Source: an uncultured Gemmatimonadales bacterium (GTDB taxonomy: Bacteria; Gemmatimonadota; Gemmatimonadetes; Longimicrobiales; RSA9). From it: 64,000 bases of DNA. The notes below the pieces were generated by a model. The model saw only the letters and a program-made list of their open reading frames with translations, was not told where the DNA came from and did not search any database. Made by a program: the position numbers and the translations under genes. The stretch covers positions 382,689 through 446,688 of the forward strand of contig CAWFKH010000004.1 of assembly GCA_963816355.1 (NCBI GenBank). Direction: 5' to 3'. Shown piece by piece: positions 46,700 to 55,637 of the stretch; the stretch's first letter is position 1, and each line of letters starts with the position of its first letter.

Positions 46700-47252
46700 C
46701 GGCGGCCGTCGCAGGGCTTTGCCTCTGGCCCCCACCCGAAGCGGAGGCGGCGAGGCCCTCGAAGGCCCGAGGTTGTTCGAGCGCGGGTGGGGCGGGGGCC
46801 GTCGGCGGCGGCGCGCGAGTTCCGCAGGGCCGCCGAGGGCCTCGCCGCCGGAGCGCCCGCGCGAGTTCCGCAGGGCCGCCGAGGGCCTCGCCGCCGGAGC
46901 GGCGGCGGCCGTCCCGGGCTTTGCCTCTGGCCCCCACCCGAAGCGGAGGCGGCGAGGCCCTCGAAGGCCCGAGGTTGTTCGAGCGCGGGTGGGGCGGGGG
47001 CCGTCGGCGGCGGCGCGCGAGTTCCGCAGGGCCGCCGAGGGCCTCGCCGCCGGAGCGCCCGCGCGAGTTCCGCAGGGCCGCCGAGGGCCTCGCCGCCGGA
47101 GCGGCGGCGGCCGTCCCGGGCTTTGCCTCTGGCCCCCACCCGAAGCGGAGGCGGCGAGGCCCTCGAAGGCCCGAGGTTGTTCGAGCGCGGGTGGGGCGGG
47201 GGCCGTCGGCGGCGGCGCGCGAGCTCCGCAGGGCCGCCGAGGGCCTCGCCGT
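46700..47252. repeat. 202-bp tandem repeat (~2.7 copies) built from inverted palindromic subunits (BIME-like)
   Basis: gggctttgcctctggcccccacccgaag at 46714, 46916, 47118; internal ggcgaggccctcg vs cgagggcctcgcc. Confidence 0.9.
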
Positions 47253-47259
47253 CGCAGCG

Positions 47260-50200
47260 CTACCCTCCCATCAGCGCCTTCACCGCGGCCTCGATCTGCT
47301 GGTCGCGGCCGGCGGTCCGGACGGCGGGCTCGTTCGGCACGCGGATGTCGGGCTCGAGCTGCGTGCCCTCGCCGAAGCGGCCGTCCGGCATGCGCCAGCC
47401 GCCCATCGGGATGCCGAAGACGAGGGTCGGGTCGATCTGGCGCTCCCACCAGACGAAGGTGCCGGTCCCGGGCACCGGCATGCCGAGCGTCTGGCCGATC
47501 CCCTTCAGCTTGTAGGCGAGCGGGAAGAGGTGCGCGTCGGAGTAGTCGGACTCGTTGATCAGCACGATCGACGGCTTCGTCCACTTGTCGAACGGCTCGG
47601 CGGCGACCTGCTGGCCGTGCGGGATGACGTCGAAGTACTTCTTGCCGCTGAGGAAGTCCGAAAGCTGCTCGTGGATGTTGCCGCCACCGTTGAAACGGGT
47701 GTCGACGACGACCGCCTTCTTGCCCCAGCCGCGGCCGAGCACCTCCTCGAAGACCGTGCGCATGCTGGCGTCGTTCATCGCGCGCACGTGGACGTAGGCG
47801 AGCGTGCCGCCGGAGAGCGAGTCGACCTCGGCGCGGCGGCGTCGCACCCAGCGCTGGTAGAGCAGCTCGCTCTCGGCGCGGCCGTCGATCGGCTTCACCG
47901 CCTCGTCCCAGCGCCGGCCGGTGCGGGGATCGAGGAGCGACAGCAGCGTCGGCTTGCCCTCCTTGCGGTTGAGCAGCGCGTAGAAGTCGATCGCCGGCGT
48001 GATCGCCCGGCCGTCGATCGCCTCGAGGATGTCGCCCGCGCGGATGCGCGACGACGCGCGGTCCGCCGGCCCGCCCGCGACTACCTCGGCCACCTTCACG
48101 CCGTCGCCGGTCCAGCCGTAGTCGTAGAGCAGGCCGAGCTCGGCGGTCTCGTCCGTGTTCGGCTGGCTGGCGTTGTAGCGCGCGCCGGTGTGCGACGCGT
48201 TCACCTCGCCGAGCATCTCGCTCAGCATCTCGGCGAAGTCGTAGTTGTTGTCGATGTAGGGCAGGAAGCGCGCATACTCGCGGTAGTAGTACGGCCAGTC
48301 GGCGCTGGTGATCTCGGGCAGGTAGTACTTCTCCTTGAACTGGCGCCACGCGTGGTCGAAGATGTAGGCGCGCTCGCGAGCCGCCTTCAGCACCATCTCG
48401 CCGTTCGTGCGGATCGGCGTCGCCTTGCCGTCGTCGGTCGACACCTTCATCGGCTTGCCGCCGGCGAGGAGGAAGAGGAACTTGCCGTCGGGCGAGAGCT
48501 CCATGCTCGCCTGGTTCGCGCCGAGCTTCGCGAACAGCTTCGTCTCGCGCGTGCGCGGCTCCGTCACCCACAGGTCGTTCCCCTTGTCGAAGACCGTGAG
48601 GTAGAAGAGCTTCTCGCCATCCTTCGACAGCACCCAGTCGTTGATCGGCGAGGTGTGGACGGTGAGGCGCGCCCTGCGCTCCGTGAGCCCGTCCCAGTCG
48701 ATCGCGACCGCCACGCTCGAGTCGGACGACGACGACGCCGCCGCGTTCGCGCCCGCGCCCTTCGCGCCCGCGCCCTTCGCGCCTGCGCCCTTCGCGCCCG
48801 CGCCCTTCACCGCGCCCTCCTTGCCGGCGCCATCCTCGTCCTTCCCTTCCCGCTCCTTCAGCAGCGCGAGCTCCTCCTTGGTGAGGCGGAAGCGGTCCCA
48901 CGCGGCGCGCGTGAAGAACATCGCGTAGACGTCGCCGCTCGACAGGCTGCCGCCCTGCTGGCGCGTGCCCTCGCGGTCGGAGCCCCAGAGCATCGCCTTG
49001 CCGTCCGGCGTCCACTTCGGCTGGAAGTTGTCGTAGCCGCTCTGCGTCAGGTCGTGCAGCTCGCCCTTGCCGTCCGAGGAGACGAGGCCGACCTCGGGGG
49101 TGAAGAGGCGGTCGTGGTAGCCGAACTGGACCAGGAACCACTTGCCGTCCGGAGACCACTGGTAGTACTGGTCGCCGTCGGCGTAGGAGTAGTTGTGGTC
49201 CGCGGCGAGGATGGTGCGCGTGGCGCCGGTCGCGAGGTTCGCCACCTTCAGCACGACGCGGTTCTCGAGGTAGGCGACCTCCTTGCCGTCCGGCGAGAAC
49301 GCCGGCTGGTACTCCTCGGCCGACGTCGCCACGACCGGCTTCTCCCGCAGCACCGTGGAGGCGTAGAAGTACGGCTCCTCCTCCCGCGCGATCGACGTCG
49401 TGTAGACGTTCCAACTGCTGTCGCGCTCGGCGGCGTAGACGAGCGAGCGGCCGTCGGGGCTGAAACGCACGCTGCGCTCCTGCCACGGCGTATCCGTGAT
49501 GCGCTTGGTGAGGCCGCCCTCGACGCTGCTGACGAAGATCTCGCCGCGAAAGACGTAGGCGAACTCCTTGCCGCTCGGCGACAGCGTCGCCTCCGTGAAG
49601 TGCTCGTTCACCGGCACCACCCGGTCGACCGCGTGGCGGCCGTCCACGGCGATTCGGATCGCCACCTTCGCCGGCTGGCCGCCCGGCGCCAGCGTGTAGA
49701 TCTCGCCGTCGTAGCCGAAGCAGAGCACGCCATCGTTGGCGCGCGTGAGGAAGCGCACCGGGTTCTTCGTGAAGCGGGTCAGCGCCGTGCTGCTGCCCGG
49801 ATCCGACAGCGAGCTGCGGTAGACGTTGAAGGAGCCGCTCTGCTCGCTCAGGTAGAAGAAGCCGTCACCGTCCGCGTCGAAGACCGGGTTGCGGTCCTCG
49901 CCGGCGAAGCTCGAGAGCTGCCGGTAGCTCTTCGCGGCGACGTCGTAGACCCACACGTCCCGCGTGACGGCCGACGTGTGGTGCTTGCGCCAGTCGCTCT
50001 CGAACCCCTTCACGTCCTCGTAGATCACCTTGCCGCCCGATGCGTCCACCGTCGCGTCGATCGCCGGCACCGGCAGCACCATGGCGACGCGCCCGCCGCC
50101 GGCCGGCACGGAGTAGAGCTGCGTCATCAGCGAGATCGGGAACTGCGCATCCGTCGCCAGCTCCTGGCGGTAGGCCGAAAAGAGCACCGCGCGGTCGTCG

Positions 50201-50748
50201 GCGCTGAAGCTGCTCGGGATCTCCCGCGTCGAATGGTACGTCAGGCGCGTCGCCTCGCCGCCCGTCGCCGGCATCGCGAAGACGTCGAAGTTGCCGTAGC
50301 GGTCCGACGCGAACGCAATGCTGCGCCCGTCGTGGCTCCACACCGGCGCGAACTCGTACGACTCGCCCAGCGTGAGCGGCGTCGCCGTGCCGCCCGCGGC
50401 GGGCACCGCGTAGAGGTCGCCCTGGTAGCTGAACACGATCGTGCGGCCGTCCGGCGAGATCGCCGGGTAGCGCATCCAGAGCGGTGCATCCGACGGCGGC
50501 GCCTCCGTGGACGCGGCGCGCGCAGACGCTGCGGGCGCAGACGCGGCGGGCGCGGCCCCTCCCCCCGGGCGGGCGGATGCGGCGGGCGCGGACGCGGCAG
50601 GCGCGGACGCGGCAGGCGCAGACGCGGCGGGCGCGGCCCCTCCCCCCGGGCGGGCGGATGCGGGCACGGCGAGGACCAGGAGCAAGGCGAGGTGAATCGC
50701 GCCGGCGCGACGGGCCAGCGGCGGACGGGCGCGGACGGAGCGAGACAT
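47260..50748 (-). CDS. Tricorn-like S41 family peptidase (PD40 propellers, PDZ, S41 core)
   Basis: WMRYPAISPDG and many SPDG repeats; LGEVNASH; DTRFNGGG; YSDAH; GMPVPGTG; LEPDI. Confidence 0.92.
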   Translation of the reverse strand: MSRSVRARPPLARRAGAIHLALLLVLAVPASARPGGGAAPAASAPAASAPAASAPAASARPGGGAAPAASAPAASARAASTEAPPSDAPLWMRYPAISPDGRTIVFSYQGDLYAVPAAGGTATPLTLGESYEFAPVWSHDGRSIAFASDRYGNFDVFAMPATGGEATRLTYHSTREIPSSFSADDRAVLFSAYRQELATDAQFPISLMTQLYSVPAGGGRVAMVLPVPAIDATVDASGGKVIYEDVKGFESDWRKHHTSAVTRDVWVYDVAAKSYRQLSSFAGEDRNPVFDADGDGFFYLSEQSGSFNVYRSSLSDPGSSTALTRFTKNPVRFLTRANDGVLCFGYDGEIYTLAPGGQPAKVAIRIAVDGRHAVDRVVPVNEHFTEATLSPSGKEFAYVFRGEIFVSSVEGGLTKRITDTPWQERSVRFSPDGRSLVYAAERDSSWNVYTTSIAREEEPYFYASTVLREKPVVATSAEEYQPAFSPDGKEVAYLENRVVLKVANLATGATRTILAADHNYSYADGDQYYQWSPDGKWFLVQFGYHDRLFTPEVGLVSSDGKGELHDLTQSGYDNFQPKWTPDGKAMLWGSDREGTRQQGGSLSSGDVYAMFFTRAAWDRFRLTKEELALLKEREGKDEDGAGKEGAVKGAGAKGAGAKGAGAKGAGANAAASSSSDSSVAVAIDWDGLTERRARLTVHTSPINDWVLSKDGEKLFYLTVFDKGNDLWVTEPRTRETKLFAKLGANQASMELSPDGKFLFLLAGGKPMKVSTDDGKATPIRTNGEMVLKAARERAYIFDHAWRQFKEKYYLPEITSADWPYYYREYARFLPYIDNNYDFAEMLSEMLGEVNASHTGARYNASQPNTDETAELGLLYDYGWTGDGVKVAEVVAGGPADRASSRIRAGDILEAIDGRAITPAIDFYALLNRKEGKPTLLSLLDPRTGRRWDEAVKPIDGRAESELLYQRWVRRRRAEVDSLSGGTLAYVHVRAMNDASMRTVFEEVLGRGWGKKAVVVDTRFNGGGNIHEQLSDFLSGKKYFDVIPHGQQVAAEPFDKWTKPSIVLINESDYSDAHLFPLAYKLKGIGQTLGMPVPGTGTFVWWERQIDPTLVFGIPMGGWRMPDGRFGEGTQLEPDIRVPNEPAVRTAGRDQQIEAAVKALMGG

Positions 50749-51416
50749 GCGACGCTTCCTCGCGGGGGTGGTCTGGTGGGGACGAGCCAGTATCGGCGCC
50801 CACGACCCGGCGGGTCAAGACCGTACGCCAGGCGGACGCGCCGAAGCCCCCGAAGTCCACCGCCGCGAAGTGGCCTCGCGACGTTTTCGCACGCGCGCGG
50901 CGAGGCCTGGTTCCTGAATTTTCACGCGGAGGGCGCGGTGGCCGCGGCGGCGGTTCGCAGCAAGGCGAATATCGCGGAGTTGCTGAAGCCGTTCCGCCGG
51001 ATGCCGCCATCTTCCTTGTGGTTGGGTCGCGCCGAGCACGCTAGGAGGAGAGCCACGACGAACAGGAAGAAATGGTCGCTCGGCGTCGAGCTTGGGTGCC
51101 ATTATGGCAGGCTTTTTCGCTGCCGGCCGCAGGCGCCACGACGAGAGGGCGTCCATGCGCTCCGAAGCCGTGTGGCTCTGTTCGCGGAAATTGTTGATGT
51201 TTCGTAAGTGATTGTGCTGCATGGTGCTGCGACGCCCCTGCCGGCTCTCGCACCGGGACCAACACTTCTTGCGAACAGAGCCGCACGGCGTCCCGAAGAA
51301 GGGTCGGGGTCCCTCCCGGGGCGGGGGCCGTCGCCTGCCGCGGGGGCCGGCGGCGGCCGCCGGCGGCCCACGGGGTCGCTCCGCGGCGTTTCCGGACGTG
51401 CGCTCCCGGGAGGAGC

Positions 51417-53165
51417 TTACGTCCACGCGCGCGCCCGCAGGATCAGCTCAGCGCGGATCCCGGGTCGCGTCTTCTGCTCGATCGGCACGGAGTAGAGCCG
51501 GTCGCCCGCGCAGGCGAAGCCGGGCAGGGCCTGCGCGGTGCTCCCGGCTTCGATCTCCTCGACCGGCCTCGTCGTGCGGTTGGGCGTACGGCTGTCGGTG
51601 CCCCAGCGGAGCCGCCACTCCTGCCCGGCGGCGTTCAACTCGAAGTTGAGCTTGTCCCGGTACAGCGTGCCGCCGGGGTAGTGGTCGTCGAGCATGAGGA
51701 AGCCGTCGACCTCGTACTCGGGGACGTGGGCGGCCAGCTCGACGCTGAAGCCGAGGCTCGGACGGCCGGGCTTCCGCGCCCACAGCGCGACGAACGTGGA
51801 GAAGAGGTGGGGATGGCGGGGCTGCGCGCCCGGCTCCATCGGGAAGAGGTCGTCGAAGGTGCGGAAGACGGCGGAGCTCTCGTCCACGAGGCGGCGGTGC
51901 AGGTCCCAGCGGGCGCCGCGCACGCGCACGACGACGTCGAAGTGATACGACGCGCGGATGCGCTTCCCCGCCGCGTGCGCCCGCTCGACTTTCGGCGGCA
52001 GCGGCAGGTCGTGGATGAGCAGCACGCCGTCGACGCGGTAGTCGCCGAAGAGGAAGCGCGTCAGGTTCTGGTAGCCGTCCTCGGAGTTGACGATGCCGAA
52101 GTGGCCCGAGTGGCTGCGGTGGACGAAGGCGCGCGGCGCGTGCTTCCGGACGCGCGCTACGCTGGTGCCGCTTGCGGCCGCGCCGCCCGCATCCGGGACG
52201 GCCGCGCCGCCCGCATCCGCGACGGCCGCACCGCCCGCACCCGCGCCGGCCGCGCCGCCCGCACCCGCGACGGCCGCGCCGCCCGCGCCCGCTCCGCCCG
52301 CGCCCGCTCCGGCCGCACCCGCGCCGCGGGCGCCCTCCGCCCAGTCACCGGCGACGGCGGCGTTGCGGATGCGGACGAGGCCGTCGCTCATCGGGCCGAC
52401 GGCGCGGCGCGCGATGCCGCCAGCGACGTCGTAGTCACGGTCGTTGGTGCCGACGAGGCAGAAGAAGCGGTCGGGGTCGAAGGCGCCGTTGAGGTCGGCG
52501 ACGTCGTCGCCCCCCTCCGGCAGCGCGAGGTACTCCCGCATGCGGTCGCGGTCGAAGTTGTTGGCGTTGTTGACGCTGAAGAAGCCCGGGACGTTGCCGA
52601 CGATCTGCAGGTCGATGCCGTTGTGGGGCGTGGCGTAGGTGAAGACCTTGTCGACGAGCGCCCGCGTCGCGGCGTCGGAGAGCGCGGGGTTCTGCAGGAA
52701 CGCGCGCGCCACGAGGCCGCCCATCGAGTGCGCGACGAGGTAGACGCGGAACGACGCCGAATCGCACGCCTCGTCGGCGCAGACGCGGTCGCGCACGGTG
52801 CGGATCAGATCGCCGAGGCCCTTCGCGTGGTACTCGATCGTCGCGCGCTCGCCGGTGCCGAGCAGGTTGGAGACGATGTCGTAGTAGCGGTAGACGAAGA
52901 TGCTGCGCGGCGAGACGCGGAAGCCGCTCGGCATCTCGCTGCCGACCTCGTAGACGTCGCGGTAGCCGTGGTCCTTCATCAGGCGGACCAGGGGCGACTC
53001 GAAGTATTGGCGGAACACCTTCCCCGTCCACTCCTGCCGCACCACCGTCGAGCCGAGGTTGAAGCCCATGTAGGGGTCGGCGGCGGTGTCGTCCGCCTCG
53101 GCGTCGCTGCCCGCGTAGCCGCGGATGTAGACGATCGGGTAGTAGGGCGGCTCGAGCGGCTTCAT
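51417..53165 (-). CDS. Alpha/beta-hydrolase (PGAP1-like lipase/esterase) with C-terminal extension
   Basis: PIVYIRG, YLVAHSMGGL, TYATPHNG, SDGLV, RSHSG. Confidence 0.82.
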   Translation of the reverse strand: MKPLEPPYYPIVYIRGYAGSDAEADDTAADPYMGFNLGSTVVRQEWTGKVFRQYFESPLVRLMKDHGYRDVYEVGSEMPSGFRVSPRSIFVYRYYDIVSNLLGTGERATIEYHAKGLGDLIRTVRDRVCADEACDSASFRVYLVAHSMGGLVARAFLQNPALSDAATRALVDKVFTYATPHNGIDLQIVGNVPGFFSVNNANNFDRDRMREYLALPEGGDDVADLNGAFDPDRFFCLVGTNDRDYDVAGGIARRAVGPMSDGLVRIRNAAVAGDWAEGARGAGAAGAGAGGAGAGGAAVAGAGGAAGAGAGGAAVADAGGAAVPDAGGAAASGTSVARVRKHAPRAFVHRSHSGHFGIVNSEDGYQNLTRFLFGDYRVDGVLLIHDLPLPPKVERAHAAGKRIRASYHFDVVVRVRGARWDLHRRLVDESSAVFRTFDDLFPMEPGAQPRHPHLFSTFVALWARKPGRPSLGFSVELAAHVPEYEVDGFLMLDDHYPGGTLYRDKLNFELNAAGQEWRLRWGTDSRTPNRTTRPVEEIEAGSTAQALPGFACAGDRLYSVPIEQKTRPGIRAELILRARAWT

Positions 53166-53268
53166 CGCGGCCTCATCGCTGGCGGGAGGAGGATACGCCG
53201 GTCCGGTCCCATGTATACGATCGTACGCCGGCCTTGATCCAGCGGGCGGGCGCCGCTACTCGTTGGAC

Positions 53269-53793
53269 ATGAAAGCGATCGCGCGCCACGCCGGCCACCG
53301 CTTCCGTCGCCACGCCCGCGAAGTATGGGAGTCGCGCGGCGGCGGCTTCTACGGCTTCGTCGTCATGCTCACGTTCGTCTACCTCGAGGCCGCGAGCTTC
53401 GTGGGCGACGTGGTCGCGGCGCGCGGCGTCGACGTGGACTTCGGCGGCGTCGTCGGCTGGGTGGTCCAGAACCTGGTGCAGGCGGTCGAGAACGTGGTGT
53501 GGGCCGCGATCTGGCCGGTCGCGTGGATCAATCGCTTCGGCGTCGGCCTCGCCTCCGCCGCGCTCCTCGCCGGCGCCTACGTCGCCTACCGGCTCCTCCA
53601 CCCCACCATCCTCCGGCTGTTGCGCGACCCGGAGGCGGCGGCGCCGGAAGAGGCGGCCGCGGCGGCGGCGGAGAAGGCGGCCGCGGCGGCAGCGGAAGAG
53701 GCGGCCGCGGCGGCGGCGGAGAAGGCGGCCGCGGCGGCAGCGGAAGAGGCGGCCGCGGCGGCGGCGGAGAAGGCGCCGCGGATCGCGCGCTAG
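53269..53793 (+). CDS. Hypothetical membrane protein with E(E/K)AAAAAA repeat tail
   Basis: Three hydrophobic segments (GGGFYGFVVMLTFVY, WAAIWPVAW); 24-bp repeats 53640-53775. Confidence 0.7.
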   Translation: MKAIARHAGHRFRRHAREVWESRGGGFYGFVVMLTFVYLEAASFVGDVVAARGVDVDFGGVVGWVVQNLVQAVENVVWAAIWPVAWINRFGVGLASAALLAGAYVAYRLLHPTILRLLRDPEAAAPEEAAAAAAEKAAAAAAEEAAAAAAEKAAAAAAEEAAAAAAEKAPRIAR

Positions 53794-53935
53794 AAGGCCA
53801 CGAGCGCGGCCGACGCCGCGCCGGGCGCGGCGCGGAGGCGCTCCAGGACGTCGGCGAACAGCCAGCGGGCGGGCCCTCGCCGGAGCCGTGCGGGTCGGCC
53901 GCGGGCGCGACGGAGGCGCGGCTCGGCCGTGGCCC

Positions 53936-54430
53936 TCAGCCCTCGCCGCGCTCCAGCAGCCGATCGAGCGCGGCGTAACTCTCGTTCATCCCCTGCTCCA
54001 TCCCCGACTGCAACATGCCGTCGCGCTCCTCGGGCGTGAAGAAGGCGGTCGTGCTGACCATGCGCGTGCGGCCGTCGCCCAGGTCCTCGAAGCGCGCGGC
54101 CGAGCGCGCCGGGTGCGCCGGCATGCCGTCCCACTCGAACGTCTGCACCAGCCGCTCCGGTGCCGCGACCTCGCCGAAGCGGCCCTCGAAGCCGTCGGCG
54201 CCGCCCTCGTGGTGCTCGACGAAGCGCCAGTGGCCGCCCCACTCCACCTCCAGCCGCTCCACGTCGAGGCGGTTGCCTCGCCCCCACCACTGCGCGAGCA
54301 GCGCGGCGTCCGTGAACGCGCGCCACACGCGCTCACGCTCGGCGTGGAAGACGCGCTCCACGCGGAACGCGCGGTCGCCCTCGAGCGTCACCGTCGCCGG
54401 CGCCGGTCGTCCCTTCGGCGTCTCGCTCAT
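53936..54430 (-). CDS. SRPBCC/AHA1-like domain protein
   Basis: GGAGGAG RBS; VERVFHAERERVWRAFTD..LLAQWWG, GGHWRF, PERLVQTFEW, GMEQG. Confidence 0.9.
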   Translation of the reverse strand: MSETPKGRPAPATVTLEGDRAFRVERVFHAERERVWRAFTDAALLAQWWGRGNRLDVERLEVEWGGHWRFVEHHEGGADGFEGRFGEVAAPERLVQTFEWDGMPAHPARSAARFEDLGDGRTRMVSTTAFFTPEERDGMLQSGMEQGMNESYAALDRLLERGEG

Positions 54431-54490
54431 CGTTCGTCTCCTCCGGTCGGGTTGAACAGGTTGCGGCCGCGGGCGCACGGTCACCACCGG

Positions 54491-54648
54491 CCTCGCACGC
54501 TCACGGCCGCCCTCGCACGCTCACGGCCGCCCTCGCACGCTCACGGCCGCCCTCGCACGCTCACGGCCGCCCTCGCACGCTCACGGCCGCCCTCGCACGC
54601 TCACGGCCGCCCTCGCACGCTCACGGCCGCCCTCGCACGCTCACGGCC
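54491..54648. repeat. 20-bp perfect tandem repeat (8 copies) containing ArsR stop codon
   Basis: cctcgcacgctcacggccgc repeated from 54491; no spacers. Confidence 0.95.
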
Positions 54649-55042
54649 CCTCTTCCTTCGTGCGCTCCAGCAGGGCGTCGAGCCGCCGAAAGCGGCTCTC
54701 CACCGCCTGCTGGTACGCCGCGATCCACTCCGCTTCCGCTTCCAGGCGCGCTGGCCCCAGCCGACACGTCCGCACCCGCCCGACCTTCTCGGTCGTGACC
54801 AGCCCCACCTCCTCCAGCACCGCGACGTGCTTGCGGATCCCCGTCAGCGTCATGTCGAACGCCGACGCGAGGTCGCTGATCGAGGCGTCGTCCGCCACCA
54901 GCCGCTCGACGATGCCGCGACGCGTCGCGTCGGCGAGGGCCGCGAAGCCGGGCGCGGAGGGCGCTCGGGGCGCGGAGGGCGCTCGGGGCGCGGAGGGCGC
55001 TCGGGGCGCCGAGGGCGCGGGTGCCGCGGCATGCTGAACCAT
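54641..55042 (-). CDS. ArsR/SmtB family regulator
   Basis: FAALADATRRGIVERL...KHVAVLEEVGLVTTEKVGRVR; N-terminal APSAPR repeat; start 55042 (ATG) or 55051 (GTG). Confidence 0.9.
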   Translation of the reverse strand: MVQHAAAPAPSAPRAPSAPRAPSAPRAPSAPGFAALADATRRGIVERLVADDASISDLASAFDMTLTGIRKHVAVLEEVGLVTTEKVGRVRTCRLGPARLEAEAEWIAAYQQAVESRFRRLDALLERTKEEGP

Positions 55043-55080
55043 ATGGTTCACTATTTAGCGAGCGACGGCGGGCGCGTCAA
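55035..55080 (-). promoter_or_regulatory. Promoter and perfect 16-bp operator palindrome over the ArsR start
   Basis: TGAACCATATGGTTCA (55035-55050); minus strand TTGACG-17 bp-TAAATA. Confidence 0.75.
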
Positions 55081-55242
55081 GGGGCGCCGGCGCCCTCAGG
55101 CCGCGCCCCCACGTCGCCAGTGCCGGCGCTGAGGCCGCGCCCCCACGTCGCGAGTGCCGGCGCTCGGGCCACGCCTCCACATCGCGAATGCCGGCGCCAT
55201 CGTCGCCTTCGCCCGTGCGGGGTCGCCGCGACGGGCCGCCGG

Positions 55243-55423
55243 CCGAGCAATATCTCGTAATGGAGCTCGTTCGCGAGATCGAAATCCGAGTTTGTCCCGG
55301 AAACCGAGCAGAATCTCGATGACGATCGGGCGATGGCCGCGCGGGTACGAGATTCTTCTCGGTTTCCGAGCACAAGCCGGATGGCGACGATCGCGCGTGC
55401 ATCCATTACGAGAAATTGCTCGC
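55243..55423. repeat. ~180-bp palindromic dispersed element, copy 2
   Basis: cgagcaatatctcgtaatgga...ggaaaccgagcagaatctcg / tacgagattcttctcggtttccgag...tccattacgagaaattgctcg. Confidence 0.8.
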
Positions 55424-55637
55424 CCCACCGCGACGCGCCCGCCCCACCGCGACGCGCCCGCACCGCCGCGCCCGGCGACGCGGGGGCCGCCCCGCCGCCG
55501 ACTTGCGACCCGCCGGCTAAGCGCCCATCGTCCGGTCTCGTGACGGACCGCGTCTCGCTCAGCGGCGGACCAGGCCTCCCCCGGCGGCCCGCCGCGGCAC
55601 GCGGCCGCCGCCCGCGAACCGGCGTCGGGAAATCTCC

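Noticed and set aside
46561..47252. Possible CRISPR array or T-box leader for trpS
   Set aside because: No unique spacers; no T-box consensus or Trp-codon leader peptide recognised
46360..51207. 1615-aa plus-strand ORF
   Set aside because: Antisense shadow of the tricorn-like gene plus repeats; no motifs; stops are rare at this GC
51041..51495. Short ORFs in the tricorn-lipase intergenic region
   Set aside because: No RBS, motifs or host-like codon pattern
54491..54648. Possible CRISPR array
   Set aside because: Head-to-tail 20-bp repeats without spacers; no cas genes
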